From Eledone cirrhosa (lineage: Eukaryota): a DNA stretch of 64,000 nucleotides. Below the pieces are notes generated by a model. The model made no database searches, was not told the origin of the DNA, and saw only the letters and a program-made list of their open reading frames with translations. Each line of letters opens with the position of its first letter. The first letter of the stretch is position 1. Below are positions 12,095-24,213 of the stretch, piece by piece. The stretch lies in contig OZ024740.1 in assembly GCA_964016885.1 (NCBI GenBank), forward strand, positions 415,214,001 through 415,278,000, in the 5' to 3' direction. A program made the position numbers and the translations under genes.

Positions 12095-13452
12095 GTAGTG
12101 CCACAAGTCATGGTTATCAAATAAATTTGATTTATTCATTTATATTTTCATTATTCACCAGCCTTATTCAAAAGCATGTTTAGAAACATTTTTTTCACCA
12201 ACCTTATTCAAATGCATGGAATCAGATGATGGATATGTTCTAATAACTTTTGGAAAATTTCTCCTTTAAATTCATACCGCCACATGAATTCAATGAGATG
12301 GGTTTGAAGCAAATTTCTGGCTGTCCCGTTTTGCCTTTTATTCCTATTTTTTACGTGTTTCCACAAGCATTCTATGTGATTCGTTGTGGCAAATGTTACT
12401 GGATCAACAAAATTGATCGAATGGTTCACCGTCAAATGTTGATAGCCTAGCTGATCGATCGTATTATAGGAACGCCATAGATCAGATATTATGGTTGTCC
12501 CTGGCAATATACGATTCTGTATAATGGTTAAAAGTGTCTCCGCTGCCCTGTCTTCTACTGCTACTAAAATACATCTTCTGGTACTTCTTTCCAAAGCACC
12601 AAAAACCCACTGTGTTTTCACAGAATGGCCACGATGGTATTTCCTTCTCACGAATGCGTTTTCATCAATCTCGACAATTCGGTTTGGCCCGCCAAGCTTA
12701 ATGTTTTGTGCCACATAGTACTCTGCACATACATCACGGCAAAATTTTCGCCAATCTGCTACGGCCACATTCGCGATACGACATTCTTCTGAAATCTTCT
12801 TGGCTAAATCTTCTTTTGCGCAAAAATATAATATATCAACTATTTGTTCACACTTCAAATTGCTATTTTCTAAAAATGTGCCTTTTCTAATAGAAACCTG
12901 TTTTCTACATGGTCTTTTACATGACCAGATAATCCCATCTGACACATTTTGTTTCGCTACTTCCAACATACGTTGACCACATGAAGGGCAGACCTTTTGT
13001 GTATTCAGAAGTCCTTGAATTGTCAACCAATTGACGGTATCTGCTGTAGTAGCGGTAGCGATGGAAAGATCGCAATGGTTAATTCCCTTAACACTTGGAT
13101 ATATTATAGAACTAATTTTTCAACTTGCAGATGCGTGTATTATCACAAAGTGAAGATTAAAGTTTATTTATTTACACGTGGTGTTGGTGGTGTTGGTGAT
13201 GATTGTTGCTGATTGGTGGGATTGTCTCCATGGGGACTGTCGCTTGTCTCCATGGGCACTGTATCCATGCTTTTGAATAAGGTTGGTGAAAATAATTTGT
13301 TTTCTAAACATTTCTTCATAAATATATAGGGTTGGTGAAAAAAATTTGATAACCATAATTTGGCCCTTTTAAGGGCCACCTATATTTTCATTTAAGTTAA
13401 CTCCACTGTTGGTGAAAATGTCTTGTTTTTTATATTGATAACCATAACTATG
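12095..13452 (-). mobile_element. Merlin/IS1595 (ISXO2-like) DNA transposon
   Basis: Transposase ORF; inverted terminal motif atggttatcaa (near 12110 versus 13345 and 13436); inverted subterminal ttcaccaaccttattcaaa repeats; exact ends uncertain. Confidence 0.8.
12208..13026 (-). CDS. ISXO2-like/Merlin DDE transposase
   Basis: Zn ribbon CPSC..WSC..PC, VEIDE, WVFG, IISDLWRSY, HLTVNHS..FVDP, TNHIECLW; true start uncertain. Confidence 0.9.
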   Translation of the reverse strand: MTIQGLLNTQKVCPSCGQRMLEVAKQNVSDGIIWSCKRPCRKQVSIRKGTFLENSNLKCEQIVDILYFCAKEDLAKKISEECRIANVAVADWRKFCRDVCAEYYVAQNIKLGGPNRIVEIDENAFVRRKYHRGHSVKTQWVFGALERSTRRCILVAVEDRAAETLLTIIQNRILPGTTIISDLWRSYNTIDQLGYQHLTVNHSINFVDPVTFATTNHIECLWKHVKNRNKRQNGTARNLLQTHLIEFMWRYEFKGEIFQKLLEHIHHLIPCI

Positions 13453-14207
13453 AAAATATGTGACGTCATTCGTCAACCTTCCCCTACTTTCACTTCTGAC
13501 AGCTAATACCATGAACTCTATTTTTACAGAAAGAAAGGACATAAGGAAAAATCCAGTCCCTGTTAGACAATTCCTGAAAAAAGGAAATATGGACGAGTCA
13601 TGGCTTGAATTTCTTTTCATCATAGATGTTTAACAACAAATAGTGGGGTTGATATAACTAAACCCTGGCATAGCCTCGGCCCAGTGACTGAAATTAATAA
13701 AAGCACATGATAACTGTTACTTGTTATAATAATAATTGTTTCTACTTTTGGCACAAGGCCAGCAATTACACCAGTACATTACTGGTACTTTATTTTATCG
13801 ATCCCGTAAGGATGAAAGGCAAAGTTAACCTGAGCGGGATTTGAACTCGGTCTGTAAAGGGACGTAACTATACTGGAAAGCATGGCGTCCGACTCTCTAC
13901 CGATACTGCCAATCCAAAAATTATTGTGTACAGTGCTCAGGTGCACTGCAACTCATCAAAGGTGCATGTATAGTACATCGAATAATATACAAATCTCAGG
14001 GAAGTGAATAGTGTATGAGTCATGATATACATGTGTGCGTGTGTATGGAGGGGGAATATTAGGTGTAGTGTTGGCGAATCTCAGGAAGCATGGAGGTTTT
14101 AAAGATGGTTTTTATTTTATTTTATTTTTCAAAATCACCAATTAGAATACTGTATAATATCAAAAGACTCTTCAGTTATGTCACTTTATAAACCTTTTTC
14201 TTTCTAG

Positions 14208-14277
14208 TGTATGTTCGATCCTATAATTACTGGACAGCTGCTCAAGAGTCAGGTTCATTTACTCAACAAATGTGCAG
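14208..14277 (+). CDS. PIGC: PIG-C (GPI-GlcNAc transferase subunit C), first recognised coding exon
   Basis: ag/gt bounded; encodes YVRSYNYWTAAQESGSFTQQMCS, matching the PIG-C motif YQYWAVVFESSVVIQQLCS. Confidence 0.85.
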
Positions 14278-15070
14278 GTATGTTATGATGTGGACACTAA
14301 ACATTCTTTTTATCATTCCATCTCACTTTTCATTATTCCTCTTCAGTCGACATTTTCTATGTATTTGTGCTTTTTCCTGACTCCATCTCTATCAATTTAC
14401 TTTAATATTTTCTCTATCTTCTATAATAATTCAAACTTGATGTCTTCCATATTTCATCCTAATTTTAATAAGGTGTTTAATTTGATATTCTGATTATAAC
14501 TTGGAGGAAAAACATAAAAAATTTAAAGTATTATAGTTAAAATGAAGTATTGTTAGATATGTAAAAAAAAGACTGATAAGTTTCAAAAAGCTGGTACAAT
14601 GTGGTAGAGGGGCAAAGAATGACAAATAAAACAAAGTATAATAATGTTTTATTCATTATATTTCAACATGATATTTCAGGGCTTATACCCTCTTTTCAAA
14701 TGTTAAACAGAAATGGTTCACTAAGTAAAACATTACTTTGTTTTGTTTTATTTGTCATCCTTTGTCCCTTCATATATTTCTACCACATTGTACTGGCTTT
14801 CTGAAATTTATCTATCATTTATTCAAAAATTTATTTTTAATTTATTTTTTCCGGTTTACTGGCTGTAATTCTTTAACTAGACTCTAGGACTGTAAACTCT
14901 TTAACTAGAGAAGAAAATATATAATTCCTCTTTAATTAACCAAGGAATATTAAATGTATTTAGTTTTATGTTAAATTTTGCTGTTGTTAGTCTGCCCTTT
15001 CCTGATTGCATTTATAATGAGAATTTTGAGGAGTTTACTAAAATTATTAATTATTTCATTACTAAGATAT

Positions 15071-18000
15071 TGTTGTATTCCTCTCAGTACTCGCAGAGAA
15101 AACACAATGAGTTATATCAAATAATTTGTGTAATTTGCGAAACAACCAAAACGCCCCTCCTCGCAGTAGCAGAATAACATAAAGTAAGTCAGTAGCAGTC
15201 TGTGACCGAGTTTTTAATACCAACGCTGACTGACTGCCCAGGTCACGTGATTCATATGCAAATGTGTGAGCACGTGTAAATTGAATAGAAATTTAACAGT
15301 CCATACAACAATGAGGTTGTGAGTTCGATTTCCAGTCCATACAATACCTCCCCACCGAAATTGATGCGACAAAAGAAGCATCAACAGCAAAGTCTCTCTG
15401 GGGGTTTACGAGTTCTCTTCGATTGTCTGGTCCATACTCTGGAACGGGCAACGAGGTCTTGGGTCTGGTCTGTCTTGGAGTTAGTGGCACGATTTCCGAG
15501 ATCTCCATCGGGTGATCTGTTGCAAATTCAAAAACAGTGTCTACTGCATCACCAGGTTCATTGTCTTTCTCAGTAGTGTACCGCGGTTGCAGCTATTCCC
15601 AGTGTCGTCTCCACACCGGGCCATGAGGTATGACCTTAACGTTGAAGCAGCGAGTACCCAATGACTTCTTAATGATTGCTGGTACCCATCGGGGATCTTT
15701 GTCTCGGCGAGGTCCGTAGTACAGTGCATACACAGGATCTCCAGCCTTGTACTGCCTGATAACCTTAGCGACACCTGCCGAGTCGCGAGTCATCTGAGAC
15801 TTATATGCTTCCTTAGACTGCTTGCCTTGAGCGAGCGGTGCTGGCGAGGCAGCAGAGAATCAATCTTTGTCCGTATCTGCCGGTGATTCAAAAGTTCACT
15901 CGGAGAGAATCCACTGGATGTCGGTGTTCTCTGGTACTGCATCAAGAACTCTTGAAGTGCTCGCTTCGGCGGAAGAGAAGTCTTCCTCAGAGCTTGTTTG
16001 AAGGTCTGCACCAAACGTTCCGCTGCTCCGTTAGTAGCTGGGTGGTAAGGTGACCCTGTCAGGTGCGTGATCCCACGTTCTTTGCACCAGCTCTGGAACT
16101 CCTCAGAAATAAAAGTTGGTGCGTTATCGGTGACTAGCGTGTGAGGAAATCCGAAGTGCGCAAAGTCTTCTTCAAGCAGATCTAAAGTGGCTCTGGAGGA
16201 CGTGGATGACGTAGCATGAATGCATGGATACTTGGAATAAGCATCCGTGATCACCAACCAATTACTGCCCATGAAATTTATTGCGTGGTCCAGGTGTAAG
16301 CGGCTCCACGGCTTTTCAGGTAACATCCATGGGTGAACTGGAGACTTGGATGGCTGGTTTTGATGTTCACCACACAAATCACATTGTCGACTGGTTTTCT
16401 CTATAGCAGTATCGATACCAGGCCAATAAACAGCAGTTCTTGCCAATTGTTTCATGCGCTCCATGCCAAAGTGTCCGAGATGCAGAAGATTATCCATGGA
16501 TAAGGCATCCGTGGTAGATACTGAGTGAATCCGATAACTTCCGGAACTTATTGACTTCGTCATTGATCTCAGTATTCTTTGGTGACCAGCCTTCACGGAC
16601 GTAGCGTATCACTGTAGATATCACTGGATCTTTCCCTGACTCTTGACGGAGGACGTTAGAATCGATAGGTTGGACTTGAAGACAGAGCTTTGATGGCGCA
16701 CACCATGTCCATGTCTTCACCATTTTCCTTCCTGTCAAAGTCGATGTCATTACCAAATGGCAAGCGACTGAGGGCATCTGCATTGCCATGATCCGCTGTT
16801 TTCCGATATTCGATGGTGTAGTCAAACTGGTTCAGCTACAGGGCCCACCGTGCTAGTCGGTTAGCAGCGAGAAGTGGCGTCCCTTTCCTCGGACTGAACA
16901 GTGATGTCAGTGGCTTGTGGTCAGTTACGAGTATAAACTGATGTCCGTACAGATATTGATAGAACTTCTGCAAGCCAAATATGATGGCCAGGGCTTCCTT
17001 TTGAATTTGGCCGTAGTTACGCTGTGCAGAAGTAAGAGTCTTGGACACATTGGATATTGGGCGCTCGCTTCCATCAGGATAGCGATGAAACAGGACTGCT
17101 CCAATACCAACGTTTGACGCGTCGCAAGCCAGTCCCAAAGTTTTGTTTGGATCGAAGTGTATCAGAACTCGATCCGATGAAAGCACATTTTTCAACTGAT
17201 CGAAAGCTGACTGTTCTTCATCTCCCCACTTCCAAGTAGTCGTTTTTTTCGTAAGGCAATAGAGTGGCTCTGCCATGCTGGCCAGGTTTGGGATAAACTT
17301 TCCATAGAACTGAACTGAACCCAGGAAAGACTTCAAGCTTGAGACGTTCGTTGGAGGTGGCATCTTTAAAACTGCTTCGACCTTGGATCCCTTCGCGATC
17401 CCTTCAGCCGACAAGGTGTGTCCAAGGTATTCCACACTGGGTAGTGCAAACTGGCACTTGTCACGACGACATCTGAGTCCTTTGTCGCACAGACGTGTGA
17501 GCAGACACTTTAGGTTGTTCAGGTGATCGTTTGCATCTTTCCCACTGACGAGCATGTCGTCCTGGAAGACGGCCACACCAGGTAGATCTTGAGTCAGGTT
17601 TTCCATGATCTCCTGAAAGTAACCAGGTGCTGACTTGATTCCGAAAGGGAGTCGTTCCTGCAGGAGCACCCCACGGTGAGTGCTGAGTGCAAGCCTGCGT
17701 TGACTTTCTGGAGCCAGCTTGATCTGATTATAGGCATCAGCAAGATCAATCTTTGTGTATCCGAATCCACCTCCGAGCTTCTGCATCAGTTCCTCTGGGA
17801 GTGGCATTGGATGACGATGATCTGCAAGTTGGTCATTAATTCCCACAGAGTAGTCACCACAAATCCGTAGTTTGGGCTTCAGGTTGCCTGAAGTATGTGC
17901 TTTACGAATCGGTACCACTGGCGTTCCGTATTCGTTGAACTGTATTGGCTTCCAGATTCCTTTGGCGATGCCTTCTTCGTAACCTTTGGCCAGGTCATCA

Positions 18001-19922
18001 CGAAGAGCAAACGGGACCGGGCGTGCCTTGTAAAAGACCGGTGTCGCGTCCGACTTGAACTTCACTTCCAGTTCGAAGTCATTAAGACATCCCAATTCTT
18101 GCTTGAAGAGATCTGGGAATTCATCACACATGTTGTGACAATCTCGTTGCATGGAAATATAGGGCTCATTTGAGGTCTTTGGATGCATCACTTCTGCACC
18201 CTCACTCTTGGCCTGGCTGTCTATGCTTTTCAATCCTAGAGCATTGTCCACGGAAATTCCCAGAGTCTGGATAGCGTTTCGTCCCAGCAAATTAAGATCA
18301 GGGATCTTGGTGACGATGTAGGGTATTGAATTCCGTTTACCGGTCGTTGGATCCTTGGTTTGGCCCATGAAAGTTCCCAGAACGGGCAGGTCGTGCTTGC
18401 TGGCAGATTCAAACCGATGTTTGACATCTTGCAGCTTCGGTTTTCCTAATTGTTTCCAAACTGACAAGGAAACAAAATTGCCTGTAGTAGCTGTGTCCAA
18501 TTCCATTGTGAAAAGTCTGTTCTGGGTTGTTATTGGCACATTCAAACTATGAGTATCGTGGGGAACTTCACCAAGGATCGCCTTGACTAGCTCAGCTTTC
18601 GTGATTCTTTTCACGTAATTCTGTGAGCGATGATTACGTTGCTGATGTTGTTTCTTTCTACACACCGCTTACAAATGTCCCTTTTTGTCACAAAAATGAC
18701 ATTTGGCTTCTTTGAAGGAGCATTCTGTCGCTTTGTGGGCCTTTCCACATCGGTAGCACATCTCCTGGTCTGTGGAATAAGACTGCTGATGGTTCTTTCG
18801 AGGACCCTTGTTCTTGTTCTGCTGGACCTTGTAGACTTGCTTGGTTTTGGAACCGTAAACAGTTTCCTTGGCAACCTTTGCTGCGTCTTCGGTCCCGATG
18901 GCAACTTGGACAGCACGAGCGAAATCTAGTTCTGTATCCTTGATCTTGAAAATAGCCTTCAACACAGCTTCATTATTGACAGAACATATAAATCTCTGTC
19001 TTAGAGCTTCATCTTGTGGATTTGTGATCGAAGGAAAATCACAGGTAGCTGCATCCTGACGTATACGTGCTGCCAGCTCCTGGAGAGTTTCGCCTGGCTT
19101 CCGTTGCATGTCACTCCAGAACTTGAAACGTTCTCTCACAATGAAAAGTTTTGGGTCGAACTGTTCTTTCATGAAGTCAACAATTTCGTCCATTGTCAAC
19201 TTGTTGATATTCTTAGGCGGATTTTGTTGAGCAGCCAGATTTGCAAGTTGTTTGTAGATAGCAGCCATCTGATTAGTCAGGAACACTTGTGCCATGCGTT
19301 TCTCGGGTACAGCGTTAGCAGCCACAAACGTGCAGAATCTTACCAGTAATCAGGCCATAGTTCTGTTGTTGAATCAAAAGCAGCAAATGGTGGGATGAAT
19401 GCTGTTGGTGTCGAAGCAACTGGCGACGCCAATAAACTCTTGTTCAGAATCTCGAGCACCAAACAGTTTTATCAGAGTGTCCATATCTTTCTTGTGTTGT
19501 TGCATTTGTTGCGACGCCAATAAACTCTGTTGTTCCATCTGTTCTCTAAACAACTTTATTAGCTCCGCTGTTTGTTGTTCTGCCATGTTTTTATGATAAA
19601 CAATTTCCCGGCAATGTAGGTAAATCCTATCGTCGACGCCAATAAACTCTGTTGTATTCCTCTCGGTACTCGCAGAGAAAACACGAGTTATATCAAATAA
19701 TTTGTGTAATTTGCGAAACAACCAAAACGCCCCTCCTCGCAGTAGCAGAATAACATAAAGTAAGTAAGTAGCAGTCTGTGACCGAGTTTTTAATACCAAC
19801 GCTGACTGACTGCCCAGGTTACGTGATTCATATGCAAATGTGTGAGCACGTGTAAATTGAATAGAAATTTAACAGTCCATACAACAATGAGGTTGTGAGT
19901 TCGATTCCCAGTCCATACAACA
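15071..19922 (-). mobile_element. Gypsy LTR retrotransposon, Mag-like, degenerate
   Basis: LTRs 15071-15346 and 19650-19922 (TG..CA); Ser-type PBS at 19623-19641; PPT at 15347-15354; gag has two CCHC knuckles. Confidence 0.93.
15593..19589 (-). pseudogene. Mag-like gag-pol, interrupted
   Basis: Fragments 18669-19325 (gag), 16836-18665 (LDTA protease, FQDD RT, CDAS RNase H) and 15790-16596 (integrase), separated by stops and frameshifts. Confidence 0.88.
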
Positions 19923-20146
19923 GTAACTTAATGTAAGGTCCTTATAGAAAATTATGTTGGAAGATTTTAATTTAAATTGGAAACCTTTAAAATGGATGAT
20001 TTTATTTCATAGAACCAGAGCCAGTTTTAACTGGGTTGATAACTAAAGAGTTAAAATAATTTACTGGGACCAGTCTAATAAGCTATAATTTACTCCTTTA
20101 AAAATTTACTTTGTACTTTTTAAGAAATTATATTTCTATATTTCAG

Positions 20147-20298
20147 TGTTTGTATTTTTGTTGTTGTCTTCATATACATGGATCAAGAAAAGCTGAGTCC
20201 TCAAATTCTTTTCCTGGTTTCTTCTGTTTTAACCCTCATTGGTTATTGTATTAAAGTTATCATTCAAGACAAACAAGAAATTAACAATAAAAGAACAA
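20147..20298 (+). CDS. PIGC: PIG-C coding exon
   Basis: VCIFVVVFIYMDQEKLSPQILFLVSSVLTLIGY; ag/gtaagt; phase consistent with neighbours. Confidence 0.9.
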
Positions 20299-20370
20299 GT
20301 AAGTGAATTTACAGTTTCACCATTCTCACCATTTTGACAATTATTTTTAATGTTGGTATTATCTTAAACA

Positions 20371-20740
20371 GGATTGACGTGCGCAGCTGGGCTGGAAGTT
20401 GCATAAAGAAAAGTGGGTGTAAAATCAGTCGATATTACTTAACTTGACAGAAGGGGATCTCCAACATGCACTCGATAGATTTTATGCCAAGTACTGGATG
20501 ACTGGGATGAAAATCAGTGCTGCTAAAACTGAGATACTTGTCCTCTCAAAGAAATCGGTGCTGTGTACTCTATATGTAAATGGAATTCCACTGAAGCAGG
20601 TAGAGAGGTTCAAGTATCTAAGGGCCATGTTCATGAGTGATGGGAGGCAGGTTGCTTCTGACAGGACCCACTGGAAGGAGTGTTTGAGGACTCTGCTCCC
20701 TTGACCCTCTCATGATTAAGTGGGAGAAGAAGAAGAGTAG
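20371..20740 (+). mobile_element. Old RTE-like LINE fragment with (GAA)n tail
   Basis: GMKISAAKTE..LKQVERFKYL; the same tail family occurs at 61487-61680 (+) and about 22410-22570 (-). Confidence 0.7.
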
Positions 20741-21054
20741 ATTAACTAACTTTTACAACATGATTATTACCAAAATAACATAATCCCTTGCTGCATTTTA
20801 GTGATGTTGTTCTTTTAAGCCTTAGCTCAAAATTCCTAACCTACAACTGCTATTTAAGCCCTAAAAACTATACAACTTCTTATTTTAGATTTGTAACATA
20901 TAGTGCACATAGCTGAAATGAAGAGCTAAGTCTGTGCTATGTCTTTAATAAAACTATAAATAGATACAATGATACTGTTCACAGAAAGTAACAATACTTT
21001 GATTAGGGACTATTTCATCAGTTTGTTGTGCTATTTTCAAATATCATCACCAGC

Positions 21055-21368
21055 ACCAGTGGTTGTGTAGGTGTCACAACAAAAAGCATCCAGCCCACAC
21101 TGTAATGTGGTCATGTAGGTATCATGACAAAACACCCTTTCCACTCTGTAAAGTGGTTGTGTAGATGTCATGACAAAAAAGCACCCAGCACACACTGTAA
21201 ATGAGATTGGCATTAGGCAGGGCATCCAACCGTAGACATCTAGCAAGACACAGTCCTATATGAGCTAGACACAGTCACCCAACCCAACTTGCCTCTAATG
21301 AGACAAACCCATCTAACCCATGCTAGTGTGGAAAATAGACATTAAATGGTGATGATGATGATGATGAT
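21055..21368 (+). mobile_element. RTE 3' UTR fragment
   Basis: Similar to 1040-1302 and ends in (GAT)n; other copies at 23083-23382 (+), 24616-24730 (+) and 63042-63270 (-). Confidence 0.75.
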
Positions 21369-21420
21369 AATTGAGATAAATATCAGAATATTTAATATTT
21401 CTAAATATATTTTATTGCAG

Positions 21421-21589
21421 AAATGGATGATCTGAAGACAGCAGTAATATTTGTATCATTCAGTTTAATTCTGTGTCCTGTACTTGTATCTTTGACACAA
21501 ACCATCAGTACAGATACCATTTATTGTATGAGTACAGTAATGTTGCTCTCCAATGTTCTATTTCATGATTATGGGCCTCAATCTGCTGT
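21421..21589 (+). CDS. PIGC: PIG-C coding exon
   Basis: DLKTAVIF..CPVLVSLTQTISTDTIYCMS..FHDYG, the conserved PIG-C core. Confidence 0.93.
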
Positions 21590-22872
21590 GTAGGTATTTG
21601 AGACTTTTAACGATTATTCCATAGTTTGTAATTATGTAACTCAATTTCTTCCCCTGCAATACAGGAAACCTATCTAAAGATTGTCATTACTAAGATATCG
21701 GAATTGAGGAAAAAGTTTCATAGTATCCACAATATTAACGTTTCCTCATTCTGGGGTCGATAGAATAAAGTACCAGTCATGTACTGGGGTTGATATAATC
21801 AACTTTGACCCTTCCCCCAAGTTTGCTGGCTTTATGCCTAAATTAAAAATCAATCTTATCATGAATAGTTTATAGAGTTCAATAGATTCAGTTTCTATGA
21901 TGAGAGAAGAATCTAATGAATCAGGCCATTACTCTTTGTCTGAGAATAAGGAAAAGGGAGAAAGTTGTGTTCAATCCAAGTAAACAACATTTCCCCTCTC
22001 TTCAGACAAAGGGTAAGACTTTTGAAATATTAAATTCTTTACTCCTTATGGCAGTTGAACTTAACACTTCATAGTTGCAGGGGTTGAGTGGTTCTCTGTT
22101 TCCCTATCTCCAAGAGAAAAGGTGTTGATAATAATCTATATAAATACTGCCATCAGTTGTCTTGTGCCCAGCTTAAGATTTTGTAGTAATGGGTGAGTTA
22201 CATAACACTCATCAATTTAACAGTGCTGCTGCTGCTTATATAGGCAGTGAATTGGCAGAGTTGTTAGAACGTCGAATAGAATACTTTGTGAGATTTGTTT
22301 TGGCTCTCTGTTCTCTGAGGTCAAATCCCACTGAGGTCAACTTTTCCTTTCATCCATTCGAGGTTGATAAAAAAAAGTACCAGTCTAATACTAGGGTCGA
22401 TTCTTCCTCTATATCTTTTTTTCATTTCTTCTCTCTCACTTTCTATCCTTCTCTGGAAGAAATCTGCTGTACTCAGTCCTGGAGAGGAGATGGGCTCCAC
22501 CAGGCTTAAAATGCCCAAGAAACACCATATGTCAATACTGCGCCCCTCCAACTCCCTTGGGAGTTACTGGACCATGCATACCACCTGTAGTACCTGCTAA
22601 AAGCTATATTAATTAGACCATTGTGTCAAACTTACAACTTAATAGTTTCAATCAGTAATTCTAATCAATAAATCAATAAAGATTTTGAAATTTTTCAAAC
22701 TTTAAAAACCTTATTACATAAAAAGCTCATTAAAAAATAATATTTTTAAATGAAATTTATTTAAAACTGTTTACATGTGCATTGTCAATTAACTTTTAAA
22801 TTATAATTTTTATCTATTAATAAATTGGTTTTATGAGAAATATTTTTGTTTCTTTTAATTTTCCTTCAACAG

Positions 22873-23020
22873 AGTGTCAAGTCCTTTGTCATTGAATGCA
22901 GCCATCTTTGCTGCTGTTTGTTTAGCTTCAAGACTTCATACACCTCTACATGCTTTCTCAATTGTAACATTTGCACTTGAAATCTTTGCATTGTGGCCCA
23001 TGCTCCTAATAGAGCTTAAG
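22873..23020 (+). CDS. PIGC: PIG-C coding exon
   Basis: [30 protein letters not shown]; canonical splice sites. Confidence 0.95.
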
Positions 23021-23063
23021 GTAATGATAAACACAAGTATAGTTAATAATTTTATTGCTTTAA

Positions 23064-23586
23064 CCCTTTAGCATTTACATTATACCACCCCTTTCGATGT
23101 AAAGCTATGTTGGTACCACAACATCCAGTCCTAAATAAATGAGGTCGTGTAGGTGTCACGACAAAAAAAACACACAGTCCACGCAGTAATGTGGCCGTGT
23201 AGGTAACACGGTAAAAACCTCCCAGTCCACACTGTAAACGTGGTTGGTGTTAGGAAGGGCATCCAGCCGTAGAAAACCTGCCAGACAGTCCTGAGCAAGA
23301 CAACCAATCTTGCCTCAAGTGGGACAATTCCCGTCCAGACCCATGCTAGCGTGGAAGATGGACGTTAAACGATGATGATGATTACTCTATATATAATATT
23401 GTATTTTTGTGGTAAAGGCCAAATCTCACATAATTATCTCACATAATATTGAATCTAGGAGATTTTGATATCATTTATTTTGAGAACAATACCTTAATGT
23501 CAGTATGAGTGGCTAGTTACAGCCAGTTTGAAAAGAAAGAGGTGAGAGAATCCTGGCCAGATATGGCCAGTTTGAATTCTAAAGAG
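23064..23586. mobile_element. piggyBac-like MITE (TTAA-CCC..GGG-TTAA) with nested RTE tail
   Basis: TIR ccctttagcattta and TTAA flanks; family copies at 26210-26430, 27461-27802, 37275-37482, 39368-39575 and 43060-43469. Confidence 0.8.
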
Positions 23587-24046
23587 TTAATAACTAATAC
23601 AATAAGTTGTTTTTATGATAAACTTGGGAAGCAGAGTGGATCATTTTTTTAATGCTCGCTGCTGGTGTAACTCGTATCTCTTGCAAAACAGTGTTTCTTC
23701 ATGTATCTAAACCTTTTGTGATCTCACTTGGGGGCCTCTAAATGTTTTTATGGATTATCAATTTATTGAAAAAAATTCTAAATTTTTGTTTTATTTTTAA
23801 ACATTTGTAGAATATTTTATCACTTATTACAGGTTGAATAGTTCAATATAAGTTGAAACATGTTCAAACATTGTTGGATCAAGTTGTGTTTAAGAGTTGC
23901 ATGATCTTTTATAGTTACATCATTGCACAACCTTGCAGTGGAGGGTGTGTGTGTGTGGTAGTAGTAGTAGTAAACTAACTTTTTTTCTTAATTGATTTCT
24001 TGACTTTAATATTTTTAAAATTCTTGCTTGATTTTTATCTTTTTAG

Positions 24047-24213
24047 AAAAGAGGTTCCATTTGCCAAAACTCAATGAGTGTTATAGTTGGTGTAATGGCC
24101 AGTGTGGCATTGTGGTCTGTCTCGTCTTTTGGAGCAACCATTTTTATCAGTGTTCATCTCCTCATCAATTTTGCTTGTCCAGCATGGTTTTGCAGACTTC
24201 AGTCATCTAAAAA
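24047..24213 (+). CDS. PIGC: PIG-C coding exon
   Basis: Hydrophobic segment ending INFACPAWFCRLQSSK; ag/gtaag; phase consistent. Confidence 0.88.
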
